A stretch of 63,531 nucleotides of DNA, counting the filler, from Chiloscyllium plagiosum (Eukaryota): the NCBI RefSeq assembly GCF_004010195.1. It is 9 parts of 9 records of this genome, joined end to end, with 100 filler letters (N's around TTAATTAATTAA, not from the genome) between each part and the next. Parts side by side here need not be neighbours in the genome. Positions count along the whole stretch, not along the records: positions 25,158 to 47,953 come from NW_025215182.1; positions 48,054 to 62,273 come from NW_025208242.1; 7 more parts are not named here. One strand, 5' to 3'. The notes under the pieces were generated by a model. The model was not told the DNA's origin. It was given only the letters and a program-made list of their open reading frames with translations, and ran no database searches. This document shows, in pieces, positions 38,470 to 52,425 of this stretch; the stretch's first letter is position 1; the number at the start of each line of letters is the position of its first letter. A program made the position numbers and the translations under genes.

Positions 38470-38750
38470 TCTCAGACAGGGACAGTTAACTTTGTCCAAT
38501 CGGGGAGCCCTGGCTGACAGATAAAAAGGGGAGCTTTGGTAGTGAGAGGGTTAAAAAAAGAAAAGACAAAAAAAGCAAAAAAAAAGCAGAGTTTTTTAAA
38601 AAAAAAATAAACAGAAGTGTCACTGTCCTTTGATGTGAAGGGCAGTGTTTATCACAGGCCACCTGGGTGTTTTCCTATCTTCCTGGTGGTGGAAATTGAA
38701 TAAAGATTCGTGCACTTTGTGTCTTTCACTGTGTCTCACACCTACACAAC
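38470..38750 (+). mobile_element. Probable LTR fragment with A-rich expansions
   Basis: CCAAT, ATAAAA and AATAAA motifs, ending in ...ACAACA; followed by an A/G-rich tract. Confidence 0.4.
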
Positions 38751-39304
38751 AAAAAAGAAAAAAAAAGAATAGAAATAAAAGAAAAGAAAAAGAAAGAAAA
38801 AAAAGAGAGAGAAAAAAAGGGGAGCGTCAGAAGGACTGATACTCTGGGACCTGACTCTGAATAACAACCTGCCAACCAACCCCCTCCTTCTGTCACCCTC
38901 AATCTCCCCATGCTTACTCTTGATGCCCCTTCGATCCAGCCTGTGCTGCCTTTGGGAGAGGTTGACCTTCCCTCCATCATCCAGGAATGTGGTCATCATC
39001 CCAGAGCAGTCATACTTTTCACTGAGGGTCATCACAGCTGGGGCAAGGGGAGAGAAGGTGGCACCTTCATGGTGGTCATACCTGTCATTAATCCACCGCA
39101 ACCTCTCTTGGGGCTGCAAGAATTCAACCTCCCTCACTCAGACAGCTCCCCTCCCTGGAAGGTAATATTGCTGCACCTAGTTTTGGGTTAATAAACCACT
39201 GAAATATGACTATGGGGACTCAGCATTGGCTGGGCAGGCAGCCATGATTGACCCTGGATTCAGAAAGTCCCCTTGTAAGTGGGCAACACATTAGGGAGTA
39301 CAGT

Positions 39305-39377
39305 CTAGATTAGAGTAGTGCTAGAAAAGCACAGCAGGTCAGGCAGCATCTGAGGCGCAGGAAAATCGACATTTCTG
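39305..39377 (-). mobile_element. Short PLE terminus fragment with 16-bp TSD
   Basis: CATTAGGGAG(T/C)ACAGT at 39289-39304 and 39378-39393. Confidence 0.65.
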
Positions 39378-39844
39378 CATTAGGGAGCACAGTGCCCACT
39401 GCCTCTGAAATCCCTCCATTACTGAGAATACACTCTCAGTATTCACCTTTCTCAGCTGCCATCTGAATTTACTATAAATTCTGTGTCCAAAGATCCTGCC
39501 CCTCCAGCTACCTGATGAAGGAGCAGTGCTCTGAACGCTTCTACTTTCAAATAAACCTGTTTGACTATCACCTGGTGTTGTTGATTTTTAATTTCGGCCA
39601 TCTGAATGAGCTGCCGTCTCAGACTGAATCAGCAGAACTGTTTTCCATTCATGATTTGAGAAGATTAAAGCCTAATCTTCAATCCCCAGCACAAAGCCCA
39701 TTCTCAATCCATCAATCAGAGACACAAACCTCAGAGAGATACCTATAGACAGCACAGAGTAACACACTCTCACTGAGAGAGACACCTACAGACAGCATAA
39801 AGTAACACACGCACTCTCTGAGACAGGCAGCACTGAATAACATG

Positions 39845-40650
39845 GTAAAAACAATGACTGCAGATGCTGGAAACCAGATTCTGGATTAGTGGTGCTGGAA
39901 GAGCACAGCCGTTCAGGCAGCATCCAAGGAGCTGTAAAATCGACGTTTCGGGCAAAAGCCCTTCATCAGGAATAAAGGCAGAGAGCCCGAAGCGTGGAGA
40001 GATAAGCTAGAGGAGGGTGGGGTTGGGGAGAAAGTAGCATAGAGTGCAATAGGTGAGTGGGGGAGGGGATGAAGGTGATAGGTCAGGGAGGAGAGGGTGG
40101 AGTGGATGGTGGAAAAGAAGATAGGCAGGTAGGACAAGTCTGGACAAGTCATGGGGACAGTGCTGAGCTGGAAGTTTGGAACTAGGGTGAGGTGGGGGAA
40201 GGGGAAATGAGGAAACTGTTGAAGTCCACATTGATGCCCTGGGGTTGAAGTGTTCCGAGGTGGAAGATGAGGCGTTCTTCCTCCAGGCGTCTGGTGGTGA
40301 TGAGGTAGCGGCGGTGAAGCAGGCTCAGGTCCTCCATGTCCTCGGCAGAGTGGGAGGGGGAGTTGAAATATTGGGCCGCGGGGCGGTGTGGTTGATTGGT
40401 GCGGATGTCTCGGAGATGTTCCCTAAAGCGGTCCAGTCACCCAATGTAGAGGAGACCACATCGGGAGCAACGGATACAATAAATGATATTAGTGGATGTG
40501 CAGGTAAAACTTTGATGGATGTGGAAGGCTCCTTTAGGGCCTTGGATAGAGGTGAGGGAGGAGGTGTGGGCGCAGGTTTTACAGTTCCTGCGGTGGCAGG
40601 GGAAGGTGCCAGGATGGGAGGGTGGATCGTAGGGGGGCGTGGACCTGACC
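39845..40650 (-). mobile_element. Penelope-like element 3' part (GIY-YIG fragment, hammerhead motif 39938-39973)
   Basis: GTFPCHRRNCKTC..SFTCTSTNIIYCIRCSRCGLLYIG; CTGATGA-A-GGGC(TTTT)GCCC-GAAACGTC. Confidence 0.85.
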
Positions 40651-40916
40651 ACTAAGCAGGAAGGAGATCTGGTTTACTGAAGCAGAGAATTCTGAGGTTC
40701 ACATTGTTTTGTACAGCTGACAGTCTTCAGCAACTTCAAGAGATTTTACTTGGCATCACAAGTCAACCCTGTCCCCATCAAACACTCCCAGGACAAGGTA
40801 CAGCATGAGGTTTGACATAGTGTAAAGCTCCCTCGACACTGTTGCAATGACCTGCTTTAACATCCAAACCTCAGGAGTGTCTCCAAGTCAGTCCCAAGAA
40901 GGAAGAGAGTTGAAAT

Positions 40917-41337
40917 TCAGTACTGACAATGATCTTTGTCCTGCCAGCTCAGGCCTGTTCTATTGAAAGTTGTGTCTCCTCTGTGGACTGTCTCCAACAC
41001 TCTATACACATTCTGATCTTCTGATCTCCTGATGCACTTGCTGAGGGGAGAGGGAAGGGTCACGTAGGTGAGGGCACAGGAGAAGCGAGCATTGGACTCC
41101 CAGTCAGACCCAGAGAGGGTCAGCAGGCTGCTGACACTGTAGGTGCTGTCCGAAGCTCGCAGGTAGTTGCTGGTCTGAACCCCGTCCGAAATGACTGCAC
41201 CCTCCTTCTTCCACTGCACCTCCAGCTCATTAGGACAGAAGTGATTGGCAAGGCACACCAGGGTGGCAGTGCCTTTGGCATTGACCTGCTCCAGGGAGGG
41301 GTCAGCAGGGTCAGCTTGGGCTGAGAGTTCTCACGGC
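40917..41337 (-). pseudogene. Ig kappa-type C exon 4 with a frameshifted, extended C-terminus
   Basis: An 8-nt tandem duplication (TTCTGATC, about 41011-41026) shifts the frame past the ancestral Cys-Val-stop (stop at 41002-41004); extra Cys in HFCP and SKCI. Confidence 0.75.
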
Positions 41338-44300
41338 CTGAAAGACAAGAGAAACAATTTTAATCCCTGCCATTTGAAGGGAATTCAACCCTCACAATAT
41401 TCACTGGCAATACAATCTTTTTGAATATTTGTAGTCAATACAGAATAAACCCAACAAAAGAACAGGCATTGGTCAAATTTTTCTTGGGATCTGAGTGTCA
41501 CTGGCAGGGCCAGCATTCATTACCGTCCCTAGTTGCCCCTGAGAAGGTGATGGCGAAGCAGCAGAGAGAGAAGGGACAGTTTCTGATCATCGTTTCTGGA
41601 ATGAATGTGGGCATCTGGAAGGGCTATCAATGGGGGATCATTTTAGTGATAGTGATCAGAACTCAGGGAGATTGAGAGGAGGGATGGAAATGGAGAACCA
41701 TGGAGCAAGTGTAAAAGTTTTCATTTTATGAAACTGGGCGGTGCTTTGGTAAAAGTGGACGGGAACCAGCGACATGATCGGAAATCAGTGTCAGGGCAGT
41801 GAGAGCCCTCAAAGGACGAGACAGAGATCGTTCAGAATCTATTCCCACAAAGAGTAAGAGTGGGACTCCCAGATCTAGACTAAATGAACAAGAGGATTGG
41901 GGTCATGTACTGACATGGATTGGGAACTGGTTGGCAGACAGGACAGAAAGAAGGAGTCTTTTTCTGAATGACAGGTAATTACAACTTAGGGCACCACAGG
42001 GGTCAGCCCTTGGTATTCAGTTATTCATAATATAATATAATAGAGTCATAGAGTCAGAGAGATCCAAAAGGCCCATTAGCCCATTGTGTCCATACTGGTC
42101 AAAAAACAACAACCCAATAATTGTCATCCATATTTCCAGCAAAAGGGAATTAAATGCGGTGTGTATTTAAGAAGGAATTAAATATAGTTCTTAGGATTAA
42201 AGGGATCAAAGAATGTGGGGAGAAAGCAGGAACAGGGGACTGTGTTGGATGATCAGCCATGATCATATTGAATGGTGGAGCAGGCTTGAAGGGCCGAATG
42301 GCCTACTGCTGCTCCTGTGTTTGATGTTTCTGTTTCTCAGATAATGAAGGAATGTCTCTCATCATTTTGAAGCGGGAAGTCAGATGTGTGTGGAGGTGGA
42401 AGATGTGGGCATGGTGATTAATGCAGGTCTGTAAGGTGGGTAAGAAGACACATGGGATAAACTGTTTTTCTTTTTCCCTTGATGGAATGAGGGCATTTCT
42501 GGATCGGCAGCATTTATTGCCCATCCCTAATCACCCAGAGGGCAGTTTAGAGTCAACCACATTATTGTGGGTCTGGGGTCACATGGTAAGGATGGCAGTT
42601 TCCTTCCCTAAAGGACATTAGGGAATCAGATGGCTTTTTCCTGACAATCAATGATGGTTTCATAGTCATCATTAGTCTCTTAATTGCAGATTTTTTTTGA
42701 TTGAATTTGAATGCCACCAACTGCTGGATTCTAACCCTGGCCCCCAGAACATTATCTGGAGCTCTGGATTAACAGTTCAGCAATAATACCATTTTGGTTG
42801 ACAGCGAAAGCAAGGAGTTTGTTTCTTCTGGAACTGTATAAAACCCCAGTTAGAGCACAGTGAGGGAACAGTGTACGGTTCTGGTCACCACATTATAGGA
42901 AGGATGTGATCCCTCGAGAGACCATGACAGAGGATGAGTTTGTCTGGAATGGGGACTTTGAGCTTTGAGGAATGATTGGATTGGCTGGGAGTGTTTTCGT
43001 TGGAACAGAGGAGGCAGAGGGGAGATTTGATGGTGGTGTGTAAAATGATGAGAGGCCTGGATAGATTGGATAGGAAGGACTGATTTCCACCAGCACAGAG
43101 GGCAATAACCATGGGGAGAGATTGAAATCAGTTAGGGGCAGGATTATAGGGGAGTTGAGGGTATTTGTTTTCACCCAGAGGCTGGTGGGATGTGGGACTC
43201 ACTGTCTGAAAGGGTGGGAGAGGCAGAAACACTCATCACAGTGAAAAAACACTTGGATAGTCACTTCAAACAGCGAAACCCCCAGAGCTATGGAGCAAGA
43301 GCTGGAATGTGGGATGGAGCTCGANNNNNNNNNNNNNNNNNNNNNNNNNNNNNNNNNNNNNNNNNNNNNNNNNNNNNNNNNNNNNNNNNNNNNNNNNNNN
43401 NNNNNNNNNNNNNNNNNNNNNNNNNNNNNNNNNNNNNNNNNNNNNNNNNNNNNNNNNNNNNNNNNNNNNNNNNNNNNNNNNNNNNNNNNNNNNNNNNNNN
43501 NNNNNNNNNNNNNNNNNNNNNNNNNNNNNNNNNNNNNNNNNNNNNNNNNNNNNNNNNNNNNNNNNNNNNNNNNNNNNNNNNNNNNNNNNNNNNNNNNNNN
43601 NNNNNNNNNNNNNNNNNNNNNNNNNNNNNNNNNNNNNNNNNNNNNNNNNNNNNNNNNNNNNNNNNNNNNNNNNNNNNNNNNNNNNNNNNNNNNNNNNNNN
43701 NNNNNNNNNNNNNNNNNNNNNNNNNNNNNNNNNNNNNNNNNNNNNNNNNNNNNNNNNNNNNNNNNNNNNNNNNNNNNNNNNNNNNNNNNNNNNNNNNNNN
43801 NNNNNNNNNNNNNNNNNNNNNNNNNNNNNNNNNNNNNNNNNNNNNNNNNNNNNNNNNNNNNNNNNNNNNNNNNNNNNNNNNNNNNNNNNNNNNNNNNNNN
43901 NNNNNNNNNNNNNNNNNNNNNNNNNNNNNNNNNNNNNNNNNNNNNNNNNNNNNNNNNNNNNNNNNNNNNNNNNNNNNNNNNNNNNNNNNNNNNNNNNNNN
44001 NNNNNNNNNNNNNNNNNNNNNNNNNNNNNNNNNNNNNNNNNNNNNNNNNNNNNNNNNNNNNNNNNNNNNNNNNNNNNNNNNNNNNNNNNNNNNNNNNNNN
44101 NNNNNNNNNNNNNNNNNNNNNNNNNNNNNNNNNNNNNNNNNNNNNNNNNNNNNNNNNNNNNNNNNNNNNNNNNNNNNNNNNNNNNNNNNNNNNNNNNNNN
44201 NNNNNNNNNNNNNNNNNNNNNNNNNNNNNNNNNNNNNNNNNNNNNNNNNNNNNNNNNNNNNNNNNNNNNNNNNNNNNNNNNNNNNNNNNNNNNNNNNNNN

Positions 44301-44689
44301 NNNNNNNNNNNNNNNNNNAGAAGCAATGAGATCAAAGAGCAATAATGATGTTGGCTCAAGGATAAATATTGTCCTGAACTCAACCCAAAGCGAAAGTAAT
44401 TTGGTTCATTTGGATGGAAAATGAGAAAATGGAAGGTGAAGGAGAAGGTAGGATTGCCGGTTAGTGATGGGATTGATTGTGACCAGAAAATAAAAGAAAG
44501 GGACGGAATCTTTGAAAATCAAAGGAAGTATAAAAGTGCAGGGAAAATCAATAGTGGAACAAACTTCAAGAGTTTGTATCTAAATGCATGAAGCATTCCA
44601 AGTAAGGTAGACAAAGTGATGCCACAAATTGAGGTAAATTGAGTTCCCAAGGAATTTAAACTAGTTAAAGTGGAGGAGGGCTCAGGAGA

Positions 44690-47110
44690 CGTTATTCAAG
44701 TTTCAAAAACACATAATAGGACAGAGAGTACAGAAAGGATATGGAATCGAACGTAAAGCACAGCAGAAAGAGGACAACAATGATGGGAAGGACGGCAGTC
44801 AACACAGGACTGAGGGTGTTGTACTTAAAAGCACACAGTATACACAATGAGCTTGTCGTGCAGATTGAAACTGGCAGGTACAATGTTGTGGATATCACAG
44901 AGACATGGCTGTAAGGGGATCCGGGCTGGGAACTAAATATCTAAGGATACATGTCCTATCAAAAGGACAGGCAGATGGGCAGAGGGGTCTTGTTAGTATG
45001 AAATGAAATTAAATCAATAGCAAGAAGTGAAATAGAGTCAGAAAGTGTAGAATGTTTGTGGGTAGAGTTGAGGAACCGCAAGAAATAAAGAATCTCATCC
45101 AAGTTATGTTCAGGTCTCCAAGCAGTAATCAGGGTGCGGGGAAGAAAATCATTCAGGAGACAGAAAAGCCATAAAAAACATGTCAGGGCAGACTTCACTG
45201 GATAGGTGGACTGGGTAGCGTGTCTCATGGAATGTCTATGAGATAGTTTTTGGAGCAGCTTGTGGTTGAGCCACTATGGAACAGGCAGTTCTGGATTCAG
45301 TGATGTGTAATGAGGCAAACTTGGTTAGTGAGTTTAAGGTGAAAGTATCCCTGTGGATAAGTGACCATAATATGATAGAAATCCCCCTGTAGTTTGAGAG
45401 GGAGAAGCTGCAATCAGGTGGAACAGTATTTCAGTTGAGTAAAGGGAATTACAAAGACACGAGGAAGGAGCTGGCCAGAGTTGATTGGAAGGGTAGCCGA
45501 GCAGGTAAGATGGTGGGGCAGCAAACAGCAGAGTTTCTGGGGGTAATTCAGGAAGCAGAGTAGGAATTCATCCCAAAAAAGAAGAAACATACACAGGGGA
45601 GGACAAGGCAACCATGGCTGTTGAGGGAGGTCAAGGACAGCATAAAAGCAAAAGAAAACACATCCAATGTGATGGAGAATAGTAGGAAGCCAGAGGATTA
45701 GGAAACCTTTAAAAACCTGTAGACGATAACTGAAAATGCATTGATGCTGAAGAAGGTGAAATGTGGGGGTAAGCCAGCCAGTAATAGAAAAGAAGTTTGC
45801 AAGAGTTTTATCAGATATATAAAAAGGAAGAGGGAGTCAAAAATAGACATTGGATCACTGGGAAATGAGGCTGAAGGAAGAATAATAGGAAATAAAGGAA
45901 TAGTAGAGGAATTGAATAGATACTTTGCATCAGTCTGCACCATGGAAAACACCAGCAACGTCCCAGTACTTCAAGACTGTCAGGGGGCAGAGGGGAGTAT
46001 AGTGGCCATCACTAAGGAGGAGGTACTGGGGAAGCTGAAAGGTCTGAATGTGGATAACTCACCCAGACTGGATGAACTACACGTCTGTGTTCTGAAGGAG
46101 ATCGCTGAGGACACTGTGAAGGCTTTTTTCCTCACTTGTGATTCCTCACTTTCAGGAATCAATGAAGTCGGGGTGTGCATGTGTCAGTGTTGGGACCATA
46201 ACTATTCACGTCATACATGAAGAAAGTGAAGACATTGTTGCAAAGTTTGCAGATGACATGAGATAGGTTGAGGGACAGGTAGTGTTGAGGAAGTGGGAAG
46301 GCTGTAAAAGGTCCTGGATAGGCTCGGAGAGTGGGCAAAGAAGTTGCAGATAGAATACAATGTGTGACAGTGTGAGGTTATGCACTTTGGGAGGAAAAAG
46401 AGATGGAAAGACTGTTTTCTAAATGAGGAAAACCTTTGGAAATCTAAAGCACAAACCTCATTCAGGATTCTCTGAAGATTAACAGGCAGGTCCAGTTTGT
46501 GCTTGGGAAGGTAAATGAAATGTTAGCATTTATTTCAATAGGGCCAGAATACAAGTGCAGAGATGTACTGCTGAGGTTGTGTAAGGCTCTGGTCAGACTG
46601 TATTTGGAATATTGTGAGCAGTTTTGGGACCCATATTCTAAGAAATGCTGTGCTGGCTTTGGAGGTGTCCTGGGGATGAAGGGCTTGTCATATGAGGCAT
46701 GGTTGAGGACTCTGTGTCTGTACTCGATGAAGTTTAGAAGGATGAGGAAGGAGTTTATTGAAATTTACAGAATACTGATAGGCCTGGATAGAGTGGATGC
46801 GGAGAAGATGTTTCCAAAAACAGGAAAGACGAGGTAATCTAGGCACAGCATCAGAATGAAGGACGGCCCCTTTCGAGCTCAGATGAGGAGGAATTTCTTC
46901 AGCTAGAGGGTGGTGAATCTGTGGAACTCATTGCTACAGAGGGAAGTGGAGGCCAACTCACTGAGTGTATTTAAGACAGAGATAGATAGGTTTGTGATTG
47001 TTAAGCGGATTGACCGTTCCTGAGGAGTAGGCAGGAAAATGGGGGTGAGAAGCATATCTGCCAAGATGAAATGGCAGAGCAGATTCAATTGGCTGAATGG
47101 CTGATTTCTG
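44690..47110 (+). mobile_element. CR1 LINE, degraded (endonuclease to 3' UTR, internal deletions)
   Basis: ITETWL endonuclease motif, ELNRYFASV, KFADD, LLRLCKALVRLYLEYCEQFWDP, FFS*RVVNLWNSL. Confidence 0.85.
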
Positions 47111-47211
47111 ATCCTATTTTTTAAAGTCTTCTGGAGAGTTTCCCCAAACCCCTGGAACACTGAACCCACTGGACTGTGAGCCCTGCTGTAGCTGTTTATC
47201 ATCAGATCATT

Positions 47212-47390
47212 AGGAGAAAGTGAGGACTGCAGATGCTGGAGATCAGAGCTGAAAAATGTGTTGCTGGAAAAGTACAGCAGGTCAGGCAGCATCCAAGGAG
47301 CAGGAGAATCAATGTTTCGGGCATGAGCCCTTCTTCACAGCTTGGATGCTGCCTGGCCTGCTGCGCTTTTCCAGCAACACATTTTTCAGC
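47212..47390. mobile_element. Penelope-derived fold-back insertion with 15-bp TSD
   Basis: TATCATCAGATCATT at 47197-47211 and 47391-47405; inverted arms. Confidence 0.8.
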
Positions 47391-47429
47391 TATCATCAGA
47401 TCATTGTCAAAAGATAACCAAAGAGTGGA

Positions 47430-47953
47430 GAGAATGTGCACCTATTTGGGAATTTCAGGATACTTTGCAGTTCCTCGAATACCTTGAGTACAGGAAGTGT
47501 GGTCAGTGACAGCAGTTGGAGCTCCGGGTTTCGGAGCTTGAGCAGCAGCTGGTGTCAGTGCGGAGCATCCGTGAGGCTGAGAGCTCCGTGGAGAGCACGT
47601 TTTGAGATGTGGTCACTCTGCAGTTTCAGAGTATGCAGGGAGAGAGGGAATAGGGGAGCAGCAGACAGTCCAAAAGCATCAGGCAGCTAGTACAGGAATC
47701 CCCAAAGTGCATCCCACTGTCCAACCAGGATTCAGTTCATAATCTTGATGAGAATGATGGTTCATCTGGGGAGTGCAGCCAGAGCCAAGTCCCTGGCATC
47801 ACGGGTGGCTCAGCTGTACAGGGGGGCACAAGGAAGACTGGAAGAGCGATAGTGAGAGGAGATTTGAGAGTGAGGGCAATCGATAGGTGTTTCTGCAGCT
47901 ACAGATGGGAATCCAGGATGGTGTGTTGTCTCCCTGGTGCCAGGGTCAAGGAT
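47430..47953 (+). mobile_element. CR1 ORF1 fragment (coiled coil + SGNH esterase start)
   Basis: ELRVSELEQQL...; AIVRGD..RAIDRCFC...SRMVCCLPGARVKD. Confidence 0.7.
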
Positions 47954-48196
47954 NNNNNNNNNNNNNNNNNNNNNNNNNNNNNNNNNNNNNNNNNNNNTTA
48001 ATTAATTAANNNNNNNNNNNNNNNNNNNNNNNNNNNNNNNNNNNNNNNNNNNNACCAATTTCGGTGATCGTTATTTTAGGTGGTGTCTGATCTCTGCAGT
48101 AAAGATGACATTATCAGCAAGCAGTCATTCAGGACGCTTGAGAATTATGCTGAAGTTCCAATACTATTTACCACTATGCCAGCAAGTCTCTTAATG

Positions 48197-48546
48197 TTAA
48201 TGATATAATTTAAAACTCTCAGTTTGGTAATATCTGTGAAGCAATGTATCTTGGTGAGAAATTGGATCAATAAATGTCACATTAGCTGGACATTGGAGGG
48301 TGACATGAGATACTTGACAAGTATAAACAGTTCCACTCTGGACGGACTTCAAAAGGTTGGAAACCTTGTAAAGCCCATTTATGTTCAGTTCTTTGTTTGT
48401 CTCTGAGCGGATTGTGATTTCAGTTCCATCTTTGTACCATTTGAGAATGATCGCCTCTGGATAAAAGTCATTTGTTTCACACACGATGTCCAGAAGAGAG
48501 GAGTTTGGAGATACTCTGGAGAGAATCTGCAGCGCAGTTGGAGAAA
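48197..48546 (-). pseudogene. Ig C1-set exon of a non-rearranging VJ-C1 IgSF gene
   Basis: Acceptor TTCCTACAG|, phase 1; SPTALQI...IVCETNDFYPEAIILKWYKDG...NGLYKVSNLL...YTCQVSHVTL; no clear donor (CAAG|ATAC may be a mutated donor), so it reads on to a stop at 48197. Confidence 0.75.
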
Positions 48547-50159
48547 CTGTAGGAAGAAAAGGCAAACAAGTAAGATTTAACATTTAGGTTATTTGGTCTT
48601 GAATGGAAATTTGTCCTTTTTTTAGATTAGATTCCCTACAGTGTGGAAACAGACCTTTCAGCACAATAAGTTCACACCGATCCTCCAAAGAATAACCCAC
48701 CCAGACCCATTTCGCTTTGACTAATGCTAAGTGGTAAAGGCTGGGGGCAGGGAGGGAACCAGAGTCCCTGCTCTTAAGTGTTATTTAGATGCATTCTGCT
48801 GGAAAGTGCACAATGTGAATGTAAAAAGTAATGATGAAGATGATTATGTTAGGTATATTTCAATATGATGCAATTAGTGTTTTTGGTATATAATAGTTAC
48901 AACAACATTTTGTTCACCATATAGTCAAAAGGTAATTCTACTTATTTTGTGAGTTCCAAAAAAAACTTTTGACGATTTATTTTACTGAACCTCATTCATT
49001 TACATTGGAATAAATTGACTGAAATGATTGTGTTGCATTATTTTTATTTTATTGGATTGGGAACAAAACTGTTCCAACCTCCGAAAGAGGCATTTAATTA
49101 CTTTCACATAATAGCCTAATTTGCATAGGTTTATCATCAGAATAACGTACTAAAGTGGTAAATAGTCTCCATTTTTAAAAACATACATTAATACAGTTCA
49201 TCCATGTTGCTGCATAGATGCATATTCAACATTAAATTATGGTGAAATTGGAGAAACGTAAATCTGTCAATGCATAGCAAACATTTTACCATAAAACAAC
49301 AGGGCTTAAAATGAAATGCTTAATATTTTCTTGTATAAAAAGTTTTGTTTCAGTCAACCTCTTTACAGATTAATGAATACTTAATTCATTCAAAAATGAC
49401 AAACAATTGCAGTATAAAAGTGAAATTATCTGGTGTAAATTAGAAAATGTTATAAATGAAAATTTCGAAGGTAATATCTTATAAAATAAGACACATGAAA
49501 TGGTACGTAACAGCACATTTACCGTTACATTAGGTAAAGGTTATTTTGCAGGTATCCCAGTGGAAAAAGAATCAAGAATATTGTTGTACAATTGCAACAA
49601 ACATATAAATTGCTGGAGTAAATCAGCAGATCTGGCAGCATCGGTGGAGAGAAAGCAGAATGAATGTTTCAGGTCCAGAACTGGATTTTCTGGAACATAG
49701 TTCTCTCTGGTGGTTCATTGAAAAGCATCCAGCATGTTCCAGAACAATGCACAGTATTCTATATAAAATATAAGAAAGGAAAATCTAGTGGATGCTGGAT
49801 ATCTGAAATAAAACGAGAAAATGCTAAAACAAATGTTTTCAATACAGTAGCATTTATGGAGAGAGACAGATCTCACATTTCATGGTATGAAACGTACAAC
49901 TTTGTCATTATTGAAAATATTAGCTATGTCTCTGCATTAGCACATACGTTTTGCAGTTTAACACAGAGTATGTATTGGATTGCAAAGTCGCAAATAGGCT
50001 GTTGCCTAAATATGACATTGATTGCAATATACTTTTAAAAACCATGGCTACTGAAGATTATTTTGATAACTTTAACTTACTGTGAAGATTTTCAGTTCTT
50101 TTCTGACAATGCAGATGAATTGTTCCAAAGTGGGAATTGCTAACAGAGGTGGGTATAAA

Positions 50160-51155
50160 CTATAGGAGCAGTATCAGACTACTTGGCCCATTGGGCCTGC
50201 TCAGCCATTCTGATATATTTCTCAACCCCATTTCCCCCACCTTCTCCCATTAATCTTTGACCCCCTTGCTACTCAAGAACCTATGTCATTCTGTCTTAAG
50301 ACTTTGCCTCCACAACTTCCGGTGGCAACGAGTCCCACAGATTCATCGCCCTACGAAGAAAGTTCTCTTCATCTTAGTTTGAAAGGGTCCTTCTCCCGTT
50401 AATCTTTGACCCCCTTGCTACTCAAGAACCTATGTCATTCTGTCTTAAGTACACTCAATGACTTTGCCTCCACAACTTCCGGTGGCAACGAGTCCCACAG
50501 ATTCATCGCCCTACGAAGAAAGTTCTCTTCATCTTAGTTTGAAAGGGTCATCCCTTCACCCTGAGGGACCCCCCCCCCCCCCCCGCGCGCGCTCCTTTAC
50601 TCTCTTATTAATGGAAGTTCTCCAAATCCACTCCATCTCGGCTCAGTATTCTGTTCTGTTTAATGAAATCCCCCATCATCCTTCTAAACACCTTTTGTAC
50701 AAACTCAGAATCTTCAACAGCTCCTGCATCACTTGGATTATTCTTGTAAACCTCCTCTGGAAGCCCATCAATGCCATCACATCCTTCCTTCGATGTGGAG
50801 CCCAAAACTGTGAACAATATTCCAAATGCAGTCTGATCAGAGCCTTATATAACCTCAGCAGCACATCCCTTCTTTTGTATTCTAGTCATGAATGCTCATA
50901 TTGCATGACCCTATCTAATTCCCAACTGAACCTGCATATTAACCTGAAGAGAATGCTGAACTAGAACACTGAAGTCCCTTTGTGCTTCAGATTTCTGAAG
51001 TGTTTTCCCATTTAGAAAATAGTCTATGTGTCTATTCTTCCTAGCAAAGTGCATTTCCCAATTATATTTCTCTTACTTTGCCATTCTTCTAGCCTATCCA
51101 AGTCCTTCTGCTGCCTTCATGCTTCTCAACACTACCTATCCCTCCACATATCTTC
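50160..51155 (-). mobile_element. CR1 LINE 3' portion with a local tandem duplication (about 50251-50388 vs 50400-50548)
   Basis: LLRLYKALIRLHLEYCSQFWAPH; duplicated TAATCTTTGACCCCCTTGCTACTC... block. Confidence 0.75.
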
Positions 51156-52425
51156 NNNNNNNNNNNNNNNNNNNNNNNNNNNNNNNNNNNNNNNNNNNNN
51201 NNNNNNNNNNNNNNNNNNNNNNNNNNNNNNNNNNNNNNNNNNNNNNNNNNNNNNNNNNNNNNNNNNNNNNNNNNNNNNNNNNNNNNNNNNNNNNNNNNNN
51301 NNNNNNNNNNNNNNNNNNNNNNNNNNNNNNNNNNNNNNNNNNNNNNNNNNNNNNNNNNNNNNNNNNNNNNNNNNNNNNNNNNNNNNNNNNNNNNNNNNNN
51401 NNNNNNNNNNNNNNNNNNNNNNNNNNNNNNNNNNNNNNNNNNNNNNNNNNNNNNNNNNNNNNNNNNNNNNNNNNNNNNNNNNNNNNNNNNNNNNNNNNNN
51501 NNNNNNNNNNNNNNNNNNNNNNNNNNNNNNNNNNNNNNNNNNNNNNNNNNNNNNNNNNNNNNNNNNNNNNNNNNNNNNNNNNNNNNNNNNNNNNNNNNNN
51601 NNNNNNNNNNNNNNNNNNNNNNNNNNNNNNNNNNNNNNNNNNNNNNNNNNNNNNNNNNNNNNNNNNNNNNNNNNNNNNNNNNNNNNNNNNNNNNNNNNNN
51701 NNNNNNNNNNNNNNNNNNNNNNNNNNNNNNNNNNNNNNNNNNNNNNNNNNNNNNNNNNNNNNNNNNNNNNNNNNNNNNNNNNNNNNNNNNNNNNNNNNNN
51801 NNNNNNNNNNNNNNNNNNNNNNNNNNNNNNNNNNNNNNNNNNNNNNNNNNNNNNNNNNNNNNNNNNNNNNNNNNNNNNNNNNNNNNNNNNNNNNNNNNNN
51901 NNNNNNNNNNNNNNNNNNNNNNNNNNNNNNNNNNNNNNNNNNNNNNNNNNNNNNNNNNNNNNNNNNNNNNNNNNNNNNNNNNNNNNNNNNNNNNNNNNNN
52001 NNNNNNNNNNNNNNNNNNNNNNNNNNNNNNNNNNNNNNNNNNNNNNNNNNNNNNNNNNNNNNNNNNNNNNNNNNNNNNNNNNNNNNNNNNNNNNNNNNNN
52101 NNNNNNNNNNNNNNNNNNNNNNNNNNNNNNNNNNNNNNAAAAAAACATTGGCATGAATCCGATCATATTAAATTGCAGATCGGTTCTTGCTACCATGACT
52201 AAACAATACAGATGTCATTGTAACAACTTCTCTTAAATTTTAGGTTTGACACCCATTATATTTTACGATCAGTTAATCCGAACAGGGAAGAAAACGCCTA
52301 GCACAGTTGATAGTGAATTCAAAACCAGTAGTGTACAGGACGTTGAAGATTAACTTCAGACTAACCTGCAATAATTTTAATGTATGAAATATTCCAAATT
52401 ACTCTCTTCAACCAGTAGCACTTGC

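Noticed and set aside
43190-44424. Long ORFs of 350-400 aa here and at 51026-52236, plus shorter X-rich ORFs at 2284-2570
   Set aside because: They are translations of N-runs.
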